From the NCBI GenBank assembly GCA_964388375.1, contig CAYMAE010000001.1, forward strand, positions 20,119 to 84,118: 64,000 bases of DNA, read 5' to 3'. The DNA is from an uncultured Ruminiclostridium sp. (GTDB taxonomy: Bacteria > Bacillota > Clostridia > DSM-8532). The translations under genes and the position numbers were made by a program. The notes below the pieces were generated by a model. That model was not told the DNA's origin, did not search any database, and saw only the letters and a program-made list of their open reading frames with translations. This document shows positions 47,672 to 57,958 of the stretch, one piece after another. The stretch's first letter is position 1, and the number at the start of each line of letters is the position of its first letter.

Positions 47672-49519
47672 TTAAACCTCTACCGGAGGATTGTACCCAT
47701 TTTTGAAAATCTCTTCAAACTCATCGGCTTCAATACGTTCCTTTGCAAGAAGAGCATTAGTAACATCCTCAAGTTTCGCTTTATTCTCTGCCAAAATTTC
47801 TTTGACTTTGATATAGCATTTATCAATGATATCTTTAACTTCGGAATCTATCTTGGCAGAGACTTCCTCACTATAATTACGTGAATGACCGTAGCTCTTG
47901 CCAATGAACACCTCATCGTTTTCATCGCCAAATACCAGGTTAGAAAGATTATCACTCATACCGTATTTTGTAATCATGTTTCTAGCAGTGCTATTAGCCT
48001 TCTTTAAATCCGAAGACGCGCCCGTGCTTATTTCACCAAGCATTAGCTCTTCTGCCGCTCTTCCACCTAAGCTTACCACGATCTGCTCCATGAGTTGGCC
48101 TCTGGTTGTGTAGTGTCTATCCTCATCAGGCTTGTAGGATGTAAATCCTCCTGCTCCTCTTCCTGAAGGAATGATAGTCACACGGTCAACCTTATCGGTA
48201 CTTGAGACAACTCGAATAGCGATAGCGTGACCTGCTTCATGGTAGGCTGTAAGTTTCTTTTCCTTGTCGCTGATAACACGACTCTTCTTTTCAGGACCCA
48301 TAACAACCTTATAGTTTGCTTCTTTTATCTCGGACATAGAGATGTCCTTGCGATCTTTACGGGCTGCTAACAGTGCAGATTCATTAAGAAGATTCTCTAA
48401 GTCGGCTCCAGTAAATCCAGGAGTCGTTTTTGCTATATCCTTTAAATCAACGTCCTCATTTAATGGCTTATTCTTTGAGTGTACCAGCAATATTTCCTCA
48501 CGGCCCTTAATATCAGGGTAATTTACTATAACCTGCCTATCAAAACGGCCGGGACGCATCAATGCAGGATCAAGAATGTCAGGTCTGTTGGTTGCAGCCA
48601 AAATGATAACTCCCTCGTTTACACCAAAGCCATCCATCTCAACTAATAGCTGGTTTAGGGTCTGCTCTCTCTCATCGTGGCCTCCACCTAAGCCTGCTCC
48701 TCTGTGACGTCCTACAGCATCAATCTCATCTATAAAAACAATTGATGGTGCATTCTTCTTTGCCTGCTCAAAAAGGTCACGAACTCTAGATGCACCTACA
48801 CCGACAAACATCTCCACAAAGTCGGAACCGCTTATAGAGAAAAACGGAGTTCCTGCTTCTCCTGCCACAGCTTTAGCAAGCAAGGTTTTTCCTGTACCGG
48901 GAGGGCCAACTAAAAGCACGCCCTTAGGAATACGAGCTCCAAGCTCTACATATTTTTTAGGTTCCTTTAAGAATTCTACAATTTCCTCAAGCTCTTCCTT
49001 CTCTTCATCTGCGCCTGCCACATCAGTAAATCGTACCTTCAGCTTATCCTCATTAGCCATACGGGCTTTGCTTTTGCCAAAGGACATGACACGGTTGCCA
49101 CCACTACCTCCTTGAGACTGTTGGATGAAAAACACCCAAAAGAAGACAAAGAGAATTACCATGGCGAACACTGGCAGCATTTCTAACCACCATGGAGGAG
49201 TAGACTTTTTCTCTATGGTATACTCAACCAATTGCCCCTCATCATAGGCATTATCTAATAGATTAATAAATGATTCTTGAGAAAGGAAGCTAATGTTATA
49301 ACGATAATCTGCTTCAAACTTGCCCGATGCATTTTGTAGAATAATATCTGCATCAAGAGTCTTAACAGTTATACTCTTTACATTGCCTTCATCTAATTCT
49401 TTTCTAAAATCAGAATATTTCATTACAGTTGGACTACTTAAATTACCATACATCATAATAACAAGGGCAATGATCACGAATATAATGATATAAAAGCTAG
49501 CGCCCCTAAATCTTTTCAA
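47672..49519 (-). CDS. ftsH: ATP-dependent zinc metalloprotease FtsH
   Basis: 615 aa with a TTG start after AGGAGG. Two TM helices, Walker [12 protein letters not shown] motif and HEAGH zinc site. Confidence 0.97.
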   Translation of the reverse strand: MKRFRGASFYIIIFVIIALVIMMYGNLSSPTVMKYSDFRKELDEGNVKSITVKTLDADIILQNASGKFEADYRYNISFLSQESFINLLDNAYDEGQLVEYTIEKKSTPPWWLEMLPVFAMVILFVFFWVFFIQQSQGGSGGNRVMSFGKSKARMANEDKLKVRFTDVAGADEEKEELEEIVEFLKEPKKYVELGARIPKGVLLVGPPGTGKTLLAKAVAGEAGTPFFSISGSDFVEMFVGVGASRVRDLFEQAKKNAPSIVFIDEIDAVGRHRGAGLGGGHDEREQTLNQLLVEMDGFGVNEGVIILAATNRPDILDPALMRPGRFDRQVIVNYPDIKGREEILLVHSKNKPLNEDVDLKDIAKTTPGFTGADLENLLNESALLAARKDRKDISMSEIKEANYKVVMGPEKKSRVISDKEKKLTAYHEAGHAIAIRVVSSTDKVDRVTIIPSGRGAGGFTSYKPDEDRHYTTRGQLMEQIVVSLGGRAAEELMLGEISTGASSDLKKANSTARNMITKYGMSDNLSNLVFGDENDEVFIGKSYGHSRNYSEEVSAKIDSEVKDIIDKCYIKVKEILAENKAKLEDVTNALLAKERIEADEFEEIFKNGYNPPVEV

Positions 49520-49560
49520 ATTAAAATCAACCTCCTGTATATACCCAAATGGGCTAATAT

Positions 49561-49584
49561 ACTTACACTTACACTTACACTTAC
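49561..49584. repeat. (ACTTAC)x4 hexanucleotide microsatellite in the hpt-ftsH spacer
   Basis: Four perfect tandem copies read directly from the sequence, 42-65 nt upstream of the ftsH start. Confidence 0.9.
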
Positions 49585-49644
49585 ATCCATTCTAAACTTA
49601 TATAATGTTACCATACCGTCTTTTAAAATACAATAAAAATAACG

Positions 49645-50166
49645 TCATAATTCTTCCATTACACATACATCTGGCAAATTCCTGTAACGCTCTGCGTAAT
49701 CTAGGCCATAACCTATAACAAATTTATCTGGGATTACTAATCCCTGATAATCTACATTTAATGGAACCTTTCTCCTTGTTGGCTTGTCTAAAATTGTACA
49801 TATCTTAACACTAGCGCAATGCTTTGCCGCAAATAAATCCTTAAGATATGTAAGGGTAAGACCGGTGTCTATTAAATCCTCGACAATTAGTACATGTTTT
49901 CCGGTAATATCGTAATCAATGTCCTTAAGAATTCTAACAACTCCCGATGATACTGTTGAATTTCCATAACTGCTTACTGAAATAAAATCTATGCTTACTT
50001 CAATAGTCAGTGCTCTACAAAGATCCGATAGAAACATAAATCCACCTTTTAGAACACCTACAAGCAATAAGTCTTTTCCCTCGTAATCTTTGGAAATACT
50101 TTTAGCCAATTCCTCTGTTTTCGCTTTTAGTTCTTCTCTTGGTACTAATACACTCATTTTAGGCAT
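49645..50166 (-). CDS. hpt: hypoxanthine phosphoribosyltransferase
   Basis: Trimmed to MPKMSV (SD GGAGGAG 6 nt upstream, overlapping the tilS stop by 8 nt). 173 aa with the PRPP motif VLIVEDLIDTGLT. Confidence 0.9.
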   Translation of the reverse strand: MPKMSVLVPREELKAKTEELAKSISKDYEGKDLLLVGVLKGGFMFLSDLCRALTIEVSIDFISVSSYGNSTVSSGVVRILKDIDYDITGKHVLIVEDLIDTGLTLTYLKDLFAAKHCASVKICTILDKPTRRKVPLNVDYQGLVIPDKFVIGYGLDYAERYRNLPDVCVMEEL

Positions 50167-51613
50167 TTCTTTCTCCTCCATTGTCTGAAAAACGCCACGA
50201 GAGCATCCATATCCTTTTTGTATCCCCCCGTGCTCGAAATTCATCTGATGTTCTCATCCCAATAACCCAAGCAATCTTATTATCTTGGGCAATCAAGGGA
50301 ATTATAGTTCTTTGATCTCGTGGGACTTTCTGATCAATAAAATAATCCTTTAACTTTTTCACACCATCTAATTTATAGGGTCTTATTCTGTCTCCATCTA
50401 ATCGGGTTCTAATTAGTATATCCCCTTTAAAAAGATCGAGGTTAAAAAATTGAGTGTAATCACTTTCTTTTGTTCTTTCATTACTGCTAATCTTTATATA
50501 CTCATCTTGGTCTATTACTCTGCTTTGCAGAGCTCCACCTATTTCACTAACCTCTGTAATACCCTCTTTAACAATGATATGGGAAAAAGACTTAACCTTC
50601 TTTTTATTACTCTTAGAAAAAATTAATCTTTCATAAGAAATTATTGCTTCTATCCCATTTGGCAAAGATACTGTTTTCCCCGTACGACTATTTTGGCACA
50701 AGCTTAAAATTTGGTCAACATGTACGGACTCCAAGTTTTTGCGATCGCTGTTTATTCTCTCCCAAGCAAGTCTTATTATCCTTTTAATAATGGCTATTGA
50801 TAAAGAATCCAAATATTGTGTAGAGAGAATTATCTCATCATTATCCGTGCCTAATAAAACTTCTTTGATTAATGCAATATTATAATACTTATTTGCCTCT
50901 TTAGCTAGATAATCTCTTTCAGGGTTGGCTAAATCTGACAACCTTAATAGCTGGTTTGTCGGATCTACATTGAACCATTCTTTTATCTTTGGAAAGAGCA
51001 TGTTTCTTATTCGGTTTCTAGAATAGTCATTTGAAAGATTTGTACTGTCAATGCAATAAGAAATTTTACTGCTTTCTAGATATGCTTCTATCTCAGTACG
51101 CGAACTATTAAAAAGAGGTCTTATGATTCTTCCTTGTTTTATAGGCATCCCACAAAGACCATCTAGGCCAGCACCTCTTATTATATTAAGCATAACAGTC
51201 TCTGCTCGATCCTCACGATTGTGAGCTACGGCAATATAATCGAAGGACAAATTTTTTAATACCTTGTTAAAAATTTTGTATCTTGCGTCGCGCCCTGCCT
51301 CTTCTTCAGAAATTCTAAGTTTTCGACTCAGCTTTCTTATATTAACGAAGTACGCTTTAGCTTTGATTTCCCAATCCCTACAGATTTCCATAACATAATC
51401 TTGATCTTTATTCGCCTCAAGGCCTCTAATTCCATGGTTTACATGAACCACAAAGAGATCAAGGTTATATTCTTGTTTTAATTCGAGGAGTACCTTTAAA
51501 AGGCATACAGAATCAGCTCCCCCCGATACACCAACAACTATTTTAGAATCGGGATTCAGCAAATTGTTCTCTTCGATATCCTCTCTTACTTTGCTAAGTA
51601 AACTATTTTCCAT
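50159..51613 (-). CDS. tilS: tRNA(Ile)-lysidine synthase
   Basis: 484 aa with the PP-loop SGGADS near the N-terminus and a TilS C-terminal domain. Confidence 0.9.
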   Translation of the reverse strand: MENSLLSKVREDIEENNLLNPDSKIVVGVSGGADSVCLLKVLLELKQEYNLDLFVVHVNHGIRGLEANKDQDYVMEICRDWEIKAKAYFVNIRKLSRKLRISEEEAGRDARYKIFNKVLKNLSFDYIAVAHNREDRAETVMLNIIRGAGLDGLCGMPIKQGRIIRPLFNSSRTEIEAYLESSKISYCIDSTNLSNDYSRNRIRNMLFPKIKEWFNVDPTNQLLRLSDLANPERDYLAKEANKYYNIALIKEVLLGTDNDEIILSTQYLDSLSIAIIKRIIRLAWERINSDRKNLESVHVDQILSLCQNSRTGKTVSLPNGIEAIISYERLIFSKSNKKKVKSFSHIIVKEGITEVSEIGGALQSRVIDQDEYIKISSNERTKESDYTQFFNLDLFKGDILIRTRLDGDRIRPYKLDGVKKLKDYFIDQKVPRDQRTIIPLIAQDNKIAWVIGMRTSDEFRARGDTKRIWMLSWRFSDNGGERNA

Positions 51614-51618
51614 TTACA

Positions 51619-52971
51619 TTATCCTGGTGGTACATTATTATTTCTGTCATCGTACATACGATTCCCAAATTTAGTGTATTCAGGAATCCAAGCCAAATCT
51701 ACCGCTCCAGTTGAACCATTTCTATGCTTTGCTATTATAAGCTCAACCACATTTTTCTTATCTGTTTCTTCGTTATAGTAATCGTCCCTGTATAAAAAGA
51801 TGACCATGTCGGCATCCTGCTCAATCGCACCAGATTCTCGCATATCACTTAGTATTGGTCGATGGTCTGCCCTTTGCTCAGGTGCACGGCTAAGCTGAGA
51901 TAAGGCTATAATAGGAACCTCCAACTCTTTTGCCATGATTTTTAGTGAACGAGATATTTCTGAAATTTCCTGTTGTCTATTATCTGATTTTTTCCTACCT
52001 TCCATAAGCTGTAGGTAGTCGATAATCACTAGTCCCAAACCTCTTTCGAGTTTTAGTTTACGAAGCTTTGACATCATTTCCATAGTATTTGTGCTGGCAT
52101 TATCATCTATGTAGATTGGAGACTTTGATAGGGGCCCTAAGGAATATCCAATCTTTTGCCAATCCTCTGTATCAAGGCGCCCTGTTCTCATTTTTTCTAA
52201 CTCAACCATAGATTCTAATGCTAAAATTCTGTTAACTAACTGTATTCTTGACATTTCCAAGCTAAATACTGCAACCGGGAAACCTCGTAATGCTGCATTC
52301 ACAGCTACATTCAGTACAAACGATGTCTTACCCATTGCAGGGCGCGCAGCAACTAATACTAGATCAGATTTCTGGAAACCTGAGGTCTTTCTATCCAAAT
52401 CAACAAAACCACTTGGAACCCCTGTTAAATCACCCTTGTTTACACACAATTCTTCTAATTGGGAGAATGTAGTATCCAACAGTGTATTAATATGCTCAAG
52501 ACCAGTCCTGTTTAATCCCTGGGAAATATCAAATACGCTTTTTTCGGCTTCATTAAGTACCTCAACACCCTCCATGGTGGCTTGGTAGCCTAAATCGACA
52601 ATTTTTCCTGATGAGTTTATAAGATCTCTAAGTAAAGCTTTATCCTGTATAATCGAGACATAGTGGGACACATTGGCGGTAGTAACTACACTTGAAGCCA
52701 ACTGAGCGATATAATCCATATTTCCGACCTTATCAAGAGTGCCTCTTTTAGATAGCATGTCGGAAACTGTAACAATATCAACAGGCAGGCTCTCTTCATA
52801 TAGAGATACAATTGCCTCATATATTTCCTTATGTTTTTCTAGATAAAATACATAAGGTTTTAGCTTTCCACTGACTTCGGAAAGGGCATCCCTGTCGATA
52901 AGAAGAGCCCCAAGAATCGATTGTTCCGCCTCAATATTGTGGGGCGGAATTCTTGATAGTTGTTCGTCCAC
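51619..52971 (-). CDS. dnaB: replicative DNA helicase (DnaB family; DnaC in B. subtilis nomenclature)
   Basis: 450 aa with a GTG start after GGGGGT. PHNIEAEQSILG N-terminus, Walker A ARPAMGKT and the RecA-like domain. Confidence 0.95.
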   Translation of the reverse strand: MDEQLSRIPPHNIEAEQSILGALLIDRDALSEVSGKLKPYVFYLEKHKEIYEAIVSLYEESLPVDIVTVSDMLSKRGTLDKVGNMDYIAQLASSVVTTANVSHYVSIIQDKALLRDLINSSGKIVDLGYQATMEGVEVLNEAEKSVFDISQGLNRTGLEHINTLLDTTFSQLEELCVNKGDLTGVPSGFVDLDRKTSGFQKSDLVLVAARPAMGKTSFVLNVAVNAALRGFPVAVFSLEMSRIQLVNRILALESMVELEKMRTGRLDTEDWQKIGYSLGPLSKSPIYIDDNASTNTMEMMSKLRKLKLERGLGLVIIDYLQLMEGRKKSDNRQQEISEISRSLKIMAKELEVPIIALSQLSRAPEQRADHRPILSDMRESGAIEQDADMVIFLYRDDYYNEETDKKNVVELIIAKHRNGSTGAVDLAWIPEYTKFGNRMYDDRNNNVPPG

Positions 52972-52989
52972 CTTGTTACCCCCAAATAA

Positions 52990-53445
52990 TTAGCCTTCCT
53001 GCTCTTCTACCACTTTAACATTTATCTTTGTTGATACTCCAGCATAAACCTTAATTTCCACTAGTGTCTCACCAAGGGCTTTAATTGCCTCGGGCAGATT
53101 TAACATTTTTTTATCTATAGAAATTTTATGCTGCTTTTTGAGCTGCTCAACAATATCCTTACTAGTAATTGAACCAAAAAGTTTGCCATTGGCGCCAGCT
53201 TTTGAATTAACAGTGACAGTTAAACCAGACAGTTTTTTAGCCAATTTTTTTGCATCGGATAGTTCATTATCCTTACGGTGCTGCACAGCTGCATTCTTTG
53301 CATTTGCTTCATTTAGAGCTGAAGCGGTTGCTTCCATGGCAACACCTTTTGGAATGAGATAATTCCTAGCATAGCCATCGCTAACCTCGACTACTTGATC
53401 CTTTTTTCCCAATGCTTTAACATCCTGCTTTAAAATTACCTTCAT
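52990..53445 (-). CDS. rplI: 50S ribosomal protein L9
   Basis: Start at the ATG (MKVILKQDV) 6 nt after GGGAGG. 151 aa. Confidence 0.95.
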   Translation of the reverse strand: MKVILKQDVKALGKKDQVVEVSDGYARNYLIPKGVAMEATASALNEANAKNAAVQHRKDNELSDAKKLAKKLSGLTVTVNSKAGANGKLFGSITSKDIVEQLKKQHKISIDKKMLNLPEAIKALGETLVEIKVYAGVSTKINVKVVEEQEG

Positions 53446-53647
53446 GGGCAACCTCCCTTAATAGATATGAGGAGTGGGATACAAATGTCCAACTCCTACA
53501 ACGAAAATCAAATAATTAGTTCTTAATCTCTAAATAATATATTAAATACTCTCTGCTTGTTATTATTTATAACTTATTAATTTTGTAGCAAATTCCTAAT
53601 TTCGCTAACAAACTCTTGTTTTTGCTTTTACTTCTCGCTTCTAATGT

Positions 53648-53986
53648 CTAATTCTTTATGTCACTAGTGCGAGGATTGTTTCTGGTACGGTATAAGGCCG
53701 ATAAATCTCCAAAATATTTCTCTGCATCATGCTCTTGTAAAAGTCCAAGCCTTATCTTAGTTGAAATCTGCCGGTCGATAATGGAGTAATCAATTCCCAT
53801 CCTTCTAGCAAGAAGATAACATATGATTATTGAATCAGACAATGTATCAAGTGTCACTCTGCGCAAATCGTCACAATGTTCGTCGCTCATTTCACTGTAA
53901 AGCTGTGAAACCGCTAGAAGCAAATCAGCTTTAAGAGTTTCAATAAGCCTTAAGTTTTTCGTAATATCCATTCCTTTAGTATTCAT
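53648..53986 (-). CDS. small all-helical hypothetical protein (possibly a MazG-like fold)
   Basis: Trimmed to MNTKGMD (purine-rich GGGGTGGAAGTGA upstream). 112 aa with acidic helical segments. The family assignment is only a guess from size and context. Confidence 0.5.
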   Translation of the reverse strand: MNTKGMDITKNLRLIETLKADLLLAVSQLYSEMSDEHCDDLRRVTLDTLSDSIIICYLLARRMGIDYSIIDRQISTKIRLGLLQEHDAEKYFGDLSALYRTRNNPRTSDIKN

Positions 53987-54164
53987 TTTATCACTTCCAC
54001 CCCTACTTGTCAGAATAATTATAGCATCGCTTGGGGTGTAAGTTCCAATTTCCCAGAAATACAGGTTAGGCCCACTATGTTTGCTACATGGTGTTACGGC
54101 CAAGACATTACCGTTACAATTCTAATTTGCATTGTTTCTCATTAAATCTAATCTCTAGTTTAAT

Positions 54165-54193
54165 ACAGCCTATAGATAAAATCTATAGGCTGT
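54165..54193 (-). terminator. 13-bp perfect hairpin after rpsR
   Basis: ACAGCCTATAGAT-aaa-ATCTATAGGCTGT, 10 nt after the rpsR stop, with no strong U-run. Confidence 0.55.
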
Positions 54194-54202
54194 TAGCTTT
54201 AC

Positions 54203-54487
54203 TTAGTCTGTTGTGTAAGGTAATAGTGCAATATGTCTAGCTCTCTTGATTGCTACAGTCAGCTGACGCTGATGTTTTGCACAACATCCGGAAATTCTTC
54301 TGGGAAGTATTTTCCCTTTCTCGGATAAATATTTTCTAATTTTCATTAGTTCCTTATAGTCAATTGAATCAACCTTATCTACACAAAACTGGCATATTTT
54401 TCGTCTAGCCCTTCTCATTCCACGTCCGCCACCTCTACCATCGCGTCCGCCGGATCTAGGGCCTCTATCTCTTTTCATTTCGGCCAT
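54203..54487 (-). CDS. rpsR: 30S ribosomal protein S18 with an Arg/Gly-rich N-terminal extension
   Basis: 94 aa. Core [49 protein letters not shown]. Confidence 0.95.
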   Translation of the reverse strand: MAEMKRDRGPRSGGRDGRGGGRGMRRARRKICQFCVDKVDSIDYKELMKIRKYLSEKGKILPRRISGCCAKHQRQLTVAIKRARHIALLPYTTD

Positions 54488-54595
54488 TTCGAAGAATGCC
54501 TCCTTCCAAGACTCATTTTCATTTTTTCTTTACATGTACACGCATTATTTTCTCTATCTATTTATATATCCACTTTGCTAGTTAATAGCCAAATA

Positions 54596-54625
54596 ACTAT
54601 ATCATAATTTAAATAAGACTGTCAA
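54596..54625 (-). promoter_or_regulatory. stand-alone rpsR promoter (TTGACA-N18-TGATATAGT)
   Basis: On the minus strand, TTGACA 54625-54620, and TATAGT 54601-54596 preceded by TGA. The leader is about 100 nt. Confidence 0.5.
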
Positions 54626-54712
54626 ATTTGATTTCTTGTTAGAACCATGCGCTAATCGTAAGTTATATCAAGCCTTCTTCGACTTTAAAAGAGCTATTCA
54701 GTTATTAAAAAT

Positions 54713-57700
54713 TTATATTACCCTAGTTGTTTCTGCTTCGAGAATCTCATGTATGCGTTCCTCGGTAACAGGCTTGCTAAAATAGTATCCTTGAATTCTT
54801 TCACATTCCATTTTCTCTAAATACAAAAATTGATCTTCAGTTTCAACACCCTCAGCTACAATACTAAGACCCAGGTCATGCCCTATATCTATGATGTTAT
54901 CCAACAGTGTATCCTTTTCTGTATCGCTTCCAATAGTATCTATAAAGCTCTTGTCAATTTTCAAGGTTTTGATAGGTATTTTAGTTAGATAATTCAACGA
55001 TGAATACCCTGTTCCAAAGTCATCTAATGCTATAGGTATTCCCGCACTTTCAATTATCTCTAGGTTATTAATAACAGTTTCCACATTATCCATCATAATT
55101 GATTCTGTAATTTCGAGTTCTATCATTTTAGGTGCTAGGCCATATTTATCTAAAAGTTCTATTACCTTTTGCGCAAACTTCTCCTGAGTAAATTGAATTA
55201 CAGAAATATTAATTGATACGATCAAATCATCATACCCTAGCTCATGTATCCTTTTAATATACTTAATTGCTTCCTCCAATATCCAATCTCCGAGAGGAAT
55301 AATGGCACCAGATTCCTCTGCTGCAGGTATAAACCTTCCCGGAGATACCATCCCAAGTACAGGGCTATTCCATCTTATCAAAGCCTCGAAGCCCATAATT
55401 TTTCTGTCGGAGGATCTATATTGGGGCTGATAATAGAGGATAAATTCATTGTTATCTAATGCGACCTTCAAGCTATTCATAAGGTTTAGCTTTTCAACAA
55501 GAACATCATTCATCTTTGTATCAAAAAAGACATATTTAGTTCTTTGATCATAAGCTCTATACTTGGCAGTATCAGCATTTTTCAATAAATCGTCAAAGTT
55601 TTTGGCATCAGTAGGATACATCGCTAAACCCGCATTAACAGATAAATTAACTTCATAAGTATCAATTCTAATGGTGACATCCAGATAATCAATTATTTCA
55701 TCTATGATATTTGTAAGCTGTTCTTCATCAGTATAATCCCATAGCATTATTGCAAAATCGTCGCCACCTATTCTGCACATATGCATCTTATCGGTTTGTC
55801 TTCTTTTCAAGCGTTTAGCTACCTCTATTAAGAGCAAATCCCCCACATCATGGCCATAGGAATCATTTATTAGCTTGAAATTATATATATCAATAATTGC
55901 AATGGCGATATTCTTTGTACCAAGCTCGACAAGTTCATCAAAGCATACATTGAAACTAGTCCTATTTGCAAGACCAGTAAGACTATCATAATACGCAAGC
56001 CTGTGTATTCTCTCCTCTGATTCTTTCTTTGAAGTGATATCTGTATTTGATCCCGCCATAATTAGCGGATTACCCAGATCATCAAACAAAGCCTTACCAA
56101 CGGTATGAATCCATTTAACATTGCCTTTAGGCGTTTTGACTCTGTACTCACATTCATAGAATTCGGTCCTGTTTTGTAAATGATTGAGGTAAGCCTCAAC
56201 GAAAAAGTCCAGATCCTCATCAAAAATAATTTCTTCTTGGAATCCGCTTTTTCTTTGTAGGCTTCCTTCAATATCAGCCTCATCAAATTCAAAAAGCTCA
56301 TACCACTTATCTGAATAGAAATATGTATCACTAGCCACATCCCATTCCCAGATGCCAATGTTTGATGCTTCGACAACAAGATTATACCTTTGGTCTTTCT
56401 CAAGAAGCTGTTGCCTTTGTTCAATGAGCTCATCAAGCTGATTTTTTAATGCCTGTTCGGAGGCTGCTAATTGTTCATAAACGGCAGATAATTCCTCATG
56501 CTTTTCAATTAATTGCACTTCGTAATTCACTCTATCTGTTATACAAAAACCAATCAATTCAAAAACTGGCGTACTCGATAGTCTATCCAGGACATTCAAA
56601 TTGTACAGTAAATGCTCAGTCTCGCCTGTACTGCTTGAAAGGCTAATTTCAGAATTTTCAACCTCTATGTGTTCGCTCTTTAAGCATGCATCCATAATCT
56701 TCCTGAGTTTATCTTGTTCATAAAAATTGAGAAAATCAAATATTCTGAAGGTTTTCACTACATCTTCCTGTAAATAATCAAGTTTTTCTTCGGCGTTTTT
56801 ATTAAATTCTAAAATTGTCCCGTCATTAAGGAAAGATATAATTATTAATTTGCCTGTTTCAACAGCTGTTTTAAGAGACGTCTCTTCTCTCTGCATTTTT
56901 TGTTTAAGAGAAGCAAAATAATAGTTCACTCGTATAAATCCTAAAATAAACATAGTCACAATAAATGATACAAGTATAATCATTGGCGTTACATTATTAA
57001 AAGAATCCTTAGACGGAGATATTGCAACAAAGGACCATTTTGTATTGTTTATTGGGCTAAAGCCCATAATTTTGCGAGTGCCATCATAATTGTATTTACC
57101 AGCACCTGTTTCTCCGCGTACCATCTTTATCCCTAGATCTGCAAGTTCATCTAATTTAGAATTGTTTATAACCTCTAAGGCCCAATTTTCTTTTTTCTTT
57201 ACCATGCTTCTATCAGTATGGGCTATGATAAGGCCGGAAGAATCTATAACGCATCCTGTGCCTTTGTCACCGAATGATGTATCCTCAACCAATCGACAGA
57301 ACTGTTCTGACGAATATATTATACAGACGACCCCATTTATACCTGTATCATTAAAGGAATATATAGGTGCAGAAAAGGCAATAGCAGGATAATCACGAAA
57401 CTGTGTGCTCTCAATAGTTTCCATGTATTTTTCTCCAGCCATTGCCCGTATAAAGAACTGTTCATTTTCTACGCTATACGGCTCACTTGAGGCTCTAAAA
57501 AAGTGCCCGGAAGAATCTATATACCCATAATCATATGTATCGTCCCATAGATCTATATCTTTTAATAGTAGAAGCTTATCGTCTATATTATTAGTATTCC
57601 TCATGGTTTTTAGGCGAGAAATAACCTCTAGCTTGTCAAATGTCCAAGCAATCTTATTTTCGACAGTTTTGGCACCCTGCTTTGAAATTTCCACTAATGA

Positions 57701-57826
57701 CTCTTCAGTCATACTATTTAAATAACTATTTGTGAAAATAATGACAAATGCGCCTAAAACTATTATTAACAATGTTGCTATTATGTACCTTCTCGGGTGC
57801 TTAATCTCCCTCCCAAATGGCCTCAT
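54713..57826 (-). CDS. membrane sensor protein: Cache-type periplasmic domain, PAS/PAC x2, GGDEF-like (GGDDF) and EAL domains
   Basis: Trimmed to MRPFG (SD GGGGGA 5 nt upstream). Two TM helices flank an extracytoplasmic domain of about 260 aa. RIGGDDFAI stands in place of GG(D/E)EF. EAL motifs are intact (EALIRW, DDFGTGYSSL, KIDKSF, EGVET, QGYYFSKP). Confidence 0.9.
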   Translation of the reverse strand: MRPFGREIKHPRRYIIATLLIIVLGAFVIIFTNSYLNSMTEESLVEISKQGAKTVENKIAWTFDKLEVISRLKTMRNTNNIDDKLLLLKDIDLWDDTYDYGYIDSSGHFFRASSEPYSVENEQFFIRAMAGEKYMETIESTQFRDYPAIAFSAPIYSFNDTGINGVVCIIYSSEQFCRLVEDTSFGDKGTGCVIDSSGLIIAHTDRSMVKKKENWALEVINNSKLDELADLGIKMVRGETGAGKYNYDGTRKIMGFSPINNTKWSFVAISPSKDSFNNVTPMIILVSFIVTMFILGFIRVNYYFASLKQKMQREETSLKTAVETGKLIIISFLNDGTILEFNKNAEEKLDYLQEDVVKTFRIFDFLNFYEQDKLRKIMDACLKSEHIEVENSEISLSSSTGETEHLLYNLNVLDRLSSTPVFELIGFCITDRVNYEVQLIEKHEELSAVYEQLAASEQALKNQLDELIEQRQQLLEKDQRYNLVVEASNIGIWEWDVASDTYFYSDKWYELFEFDEADIEGSLQRKSGFQEEIIFDEDLDFFVEAYLNHLQNRTEFYECEYRVKTPKGNVKWIHTVGKALFDDLGNPLIMAGSNTDITSKKESEERIHRLAYYDSLTGLANRTSFNVCFDELVELGTKNIAIAIIDIYNFKLINDSYGHDVGDLLLIEVAKRLKRRQTDKMHMCRIGGDDFAIMLWDYTDEEQLTNIIDEIIDYLDVTIRIDTYEVNLSVNAGLAMYPTDAKNFDDLLKNADTAKYRAYDQRTKYVFFDTKMNDVLVEKLNLMNSLKVALDNNEFILYYQPQYRSSDRKIMGFEALIRWNSPVLGMVSPGRFIPAAEESGAIIPLGDWILEEAIKYIKRIHELGYDDLIVSINISVIQFTQEKFAQKVIELLDKYGLAPKMIELEITESIMMDNVETVINNLEIIESAGIPIALDDFGTGYSSLNYLTKIPIKTLKIDKSFIDTIGSDTEKDTLLDNIIDIGHDLGLSIVAEGVETEDQFLYLEKMECERIQGYYFSKPVTEERIHEILEAETTRVI

Positions 57827-57958
57827 GAAAGTCCCCCTATAGAATCCACTGTGATAAATCACTAAAATTAGTTTTACCCAATAGAGGAACTTTCAAACAG
57901 AATCTTTTACACAATATGCTATACCTCTCTTATTTCTATTAGAAAGGCTTTGTTTCTG

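Noticed and set aside
49561-49584. CRISPR-like or minisatellite array
   Set aside because: It is only four contiguous 6-nt units with no spacers, so I report it as a simple microsatellite.
53469-53494. Hairpin GGAGTGGGA / TCCAACTCC just upstream of the rplI SD, considered as a regulatory leader
   Set aside because: It is a real inverted repeat with one mismatch, but it has no U-run, and I know of no L9 leader motif. I leave it unannotated.
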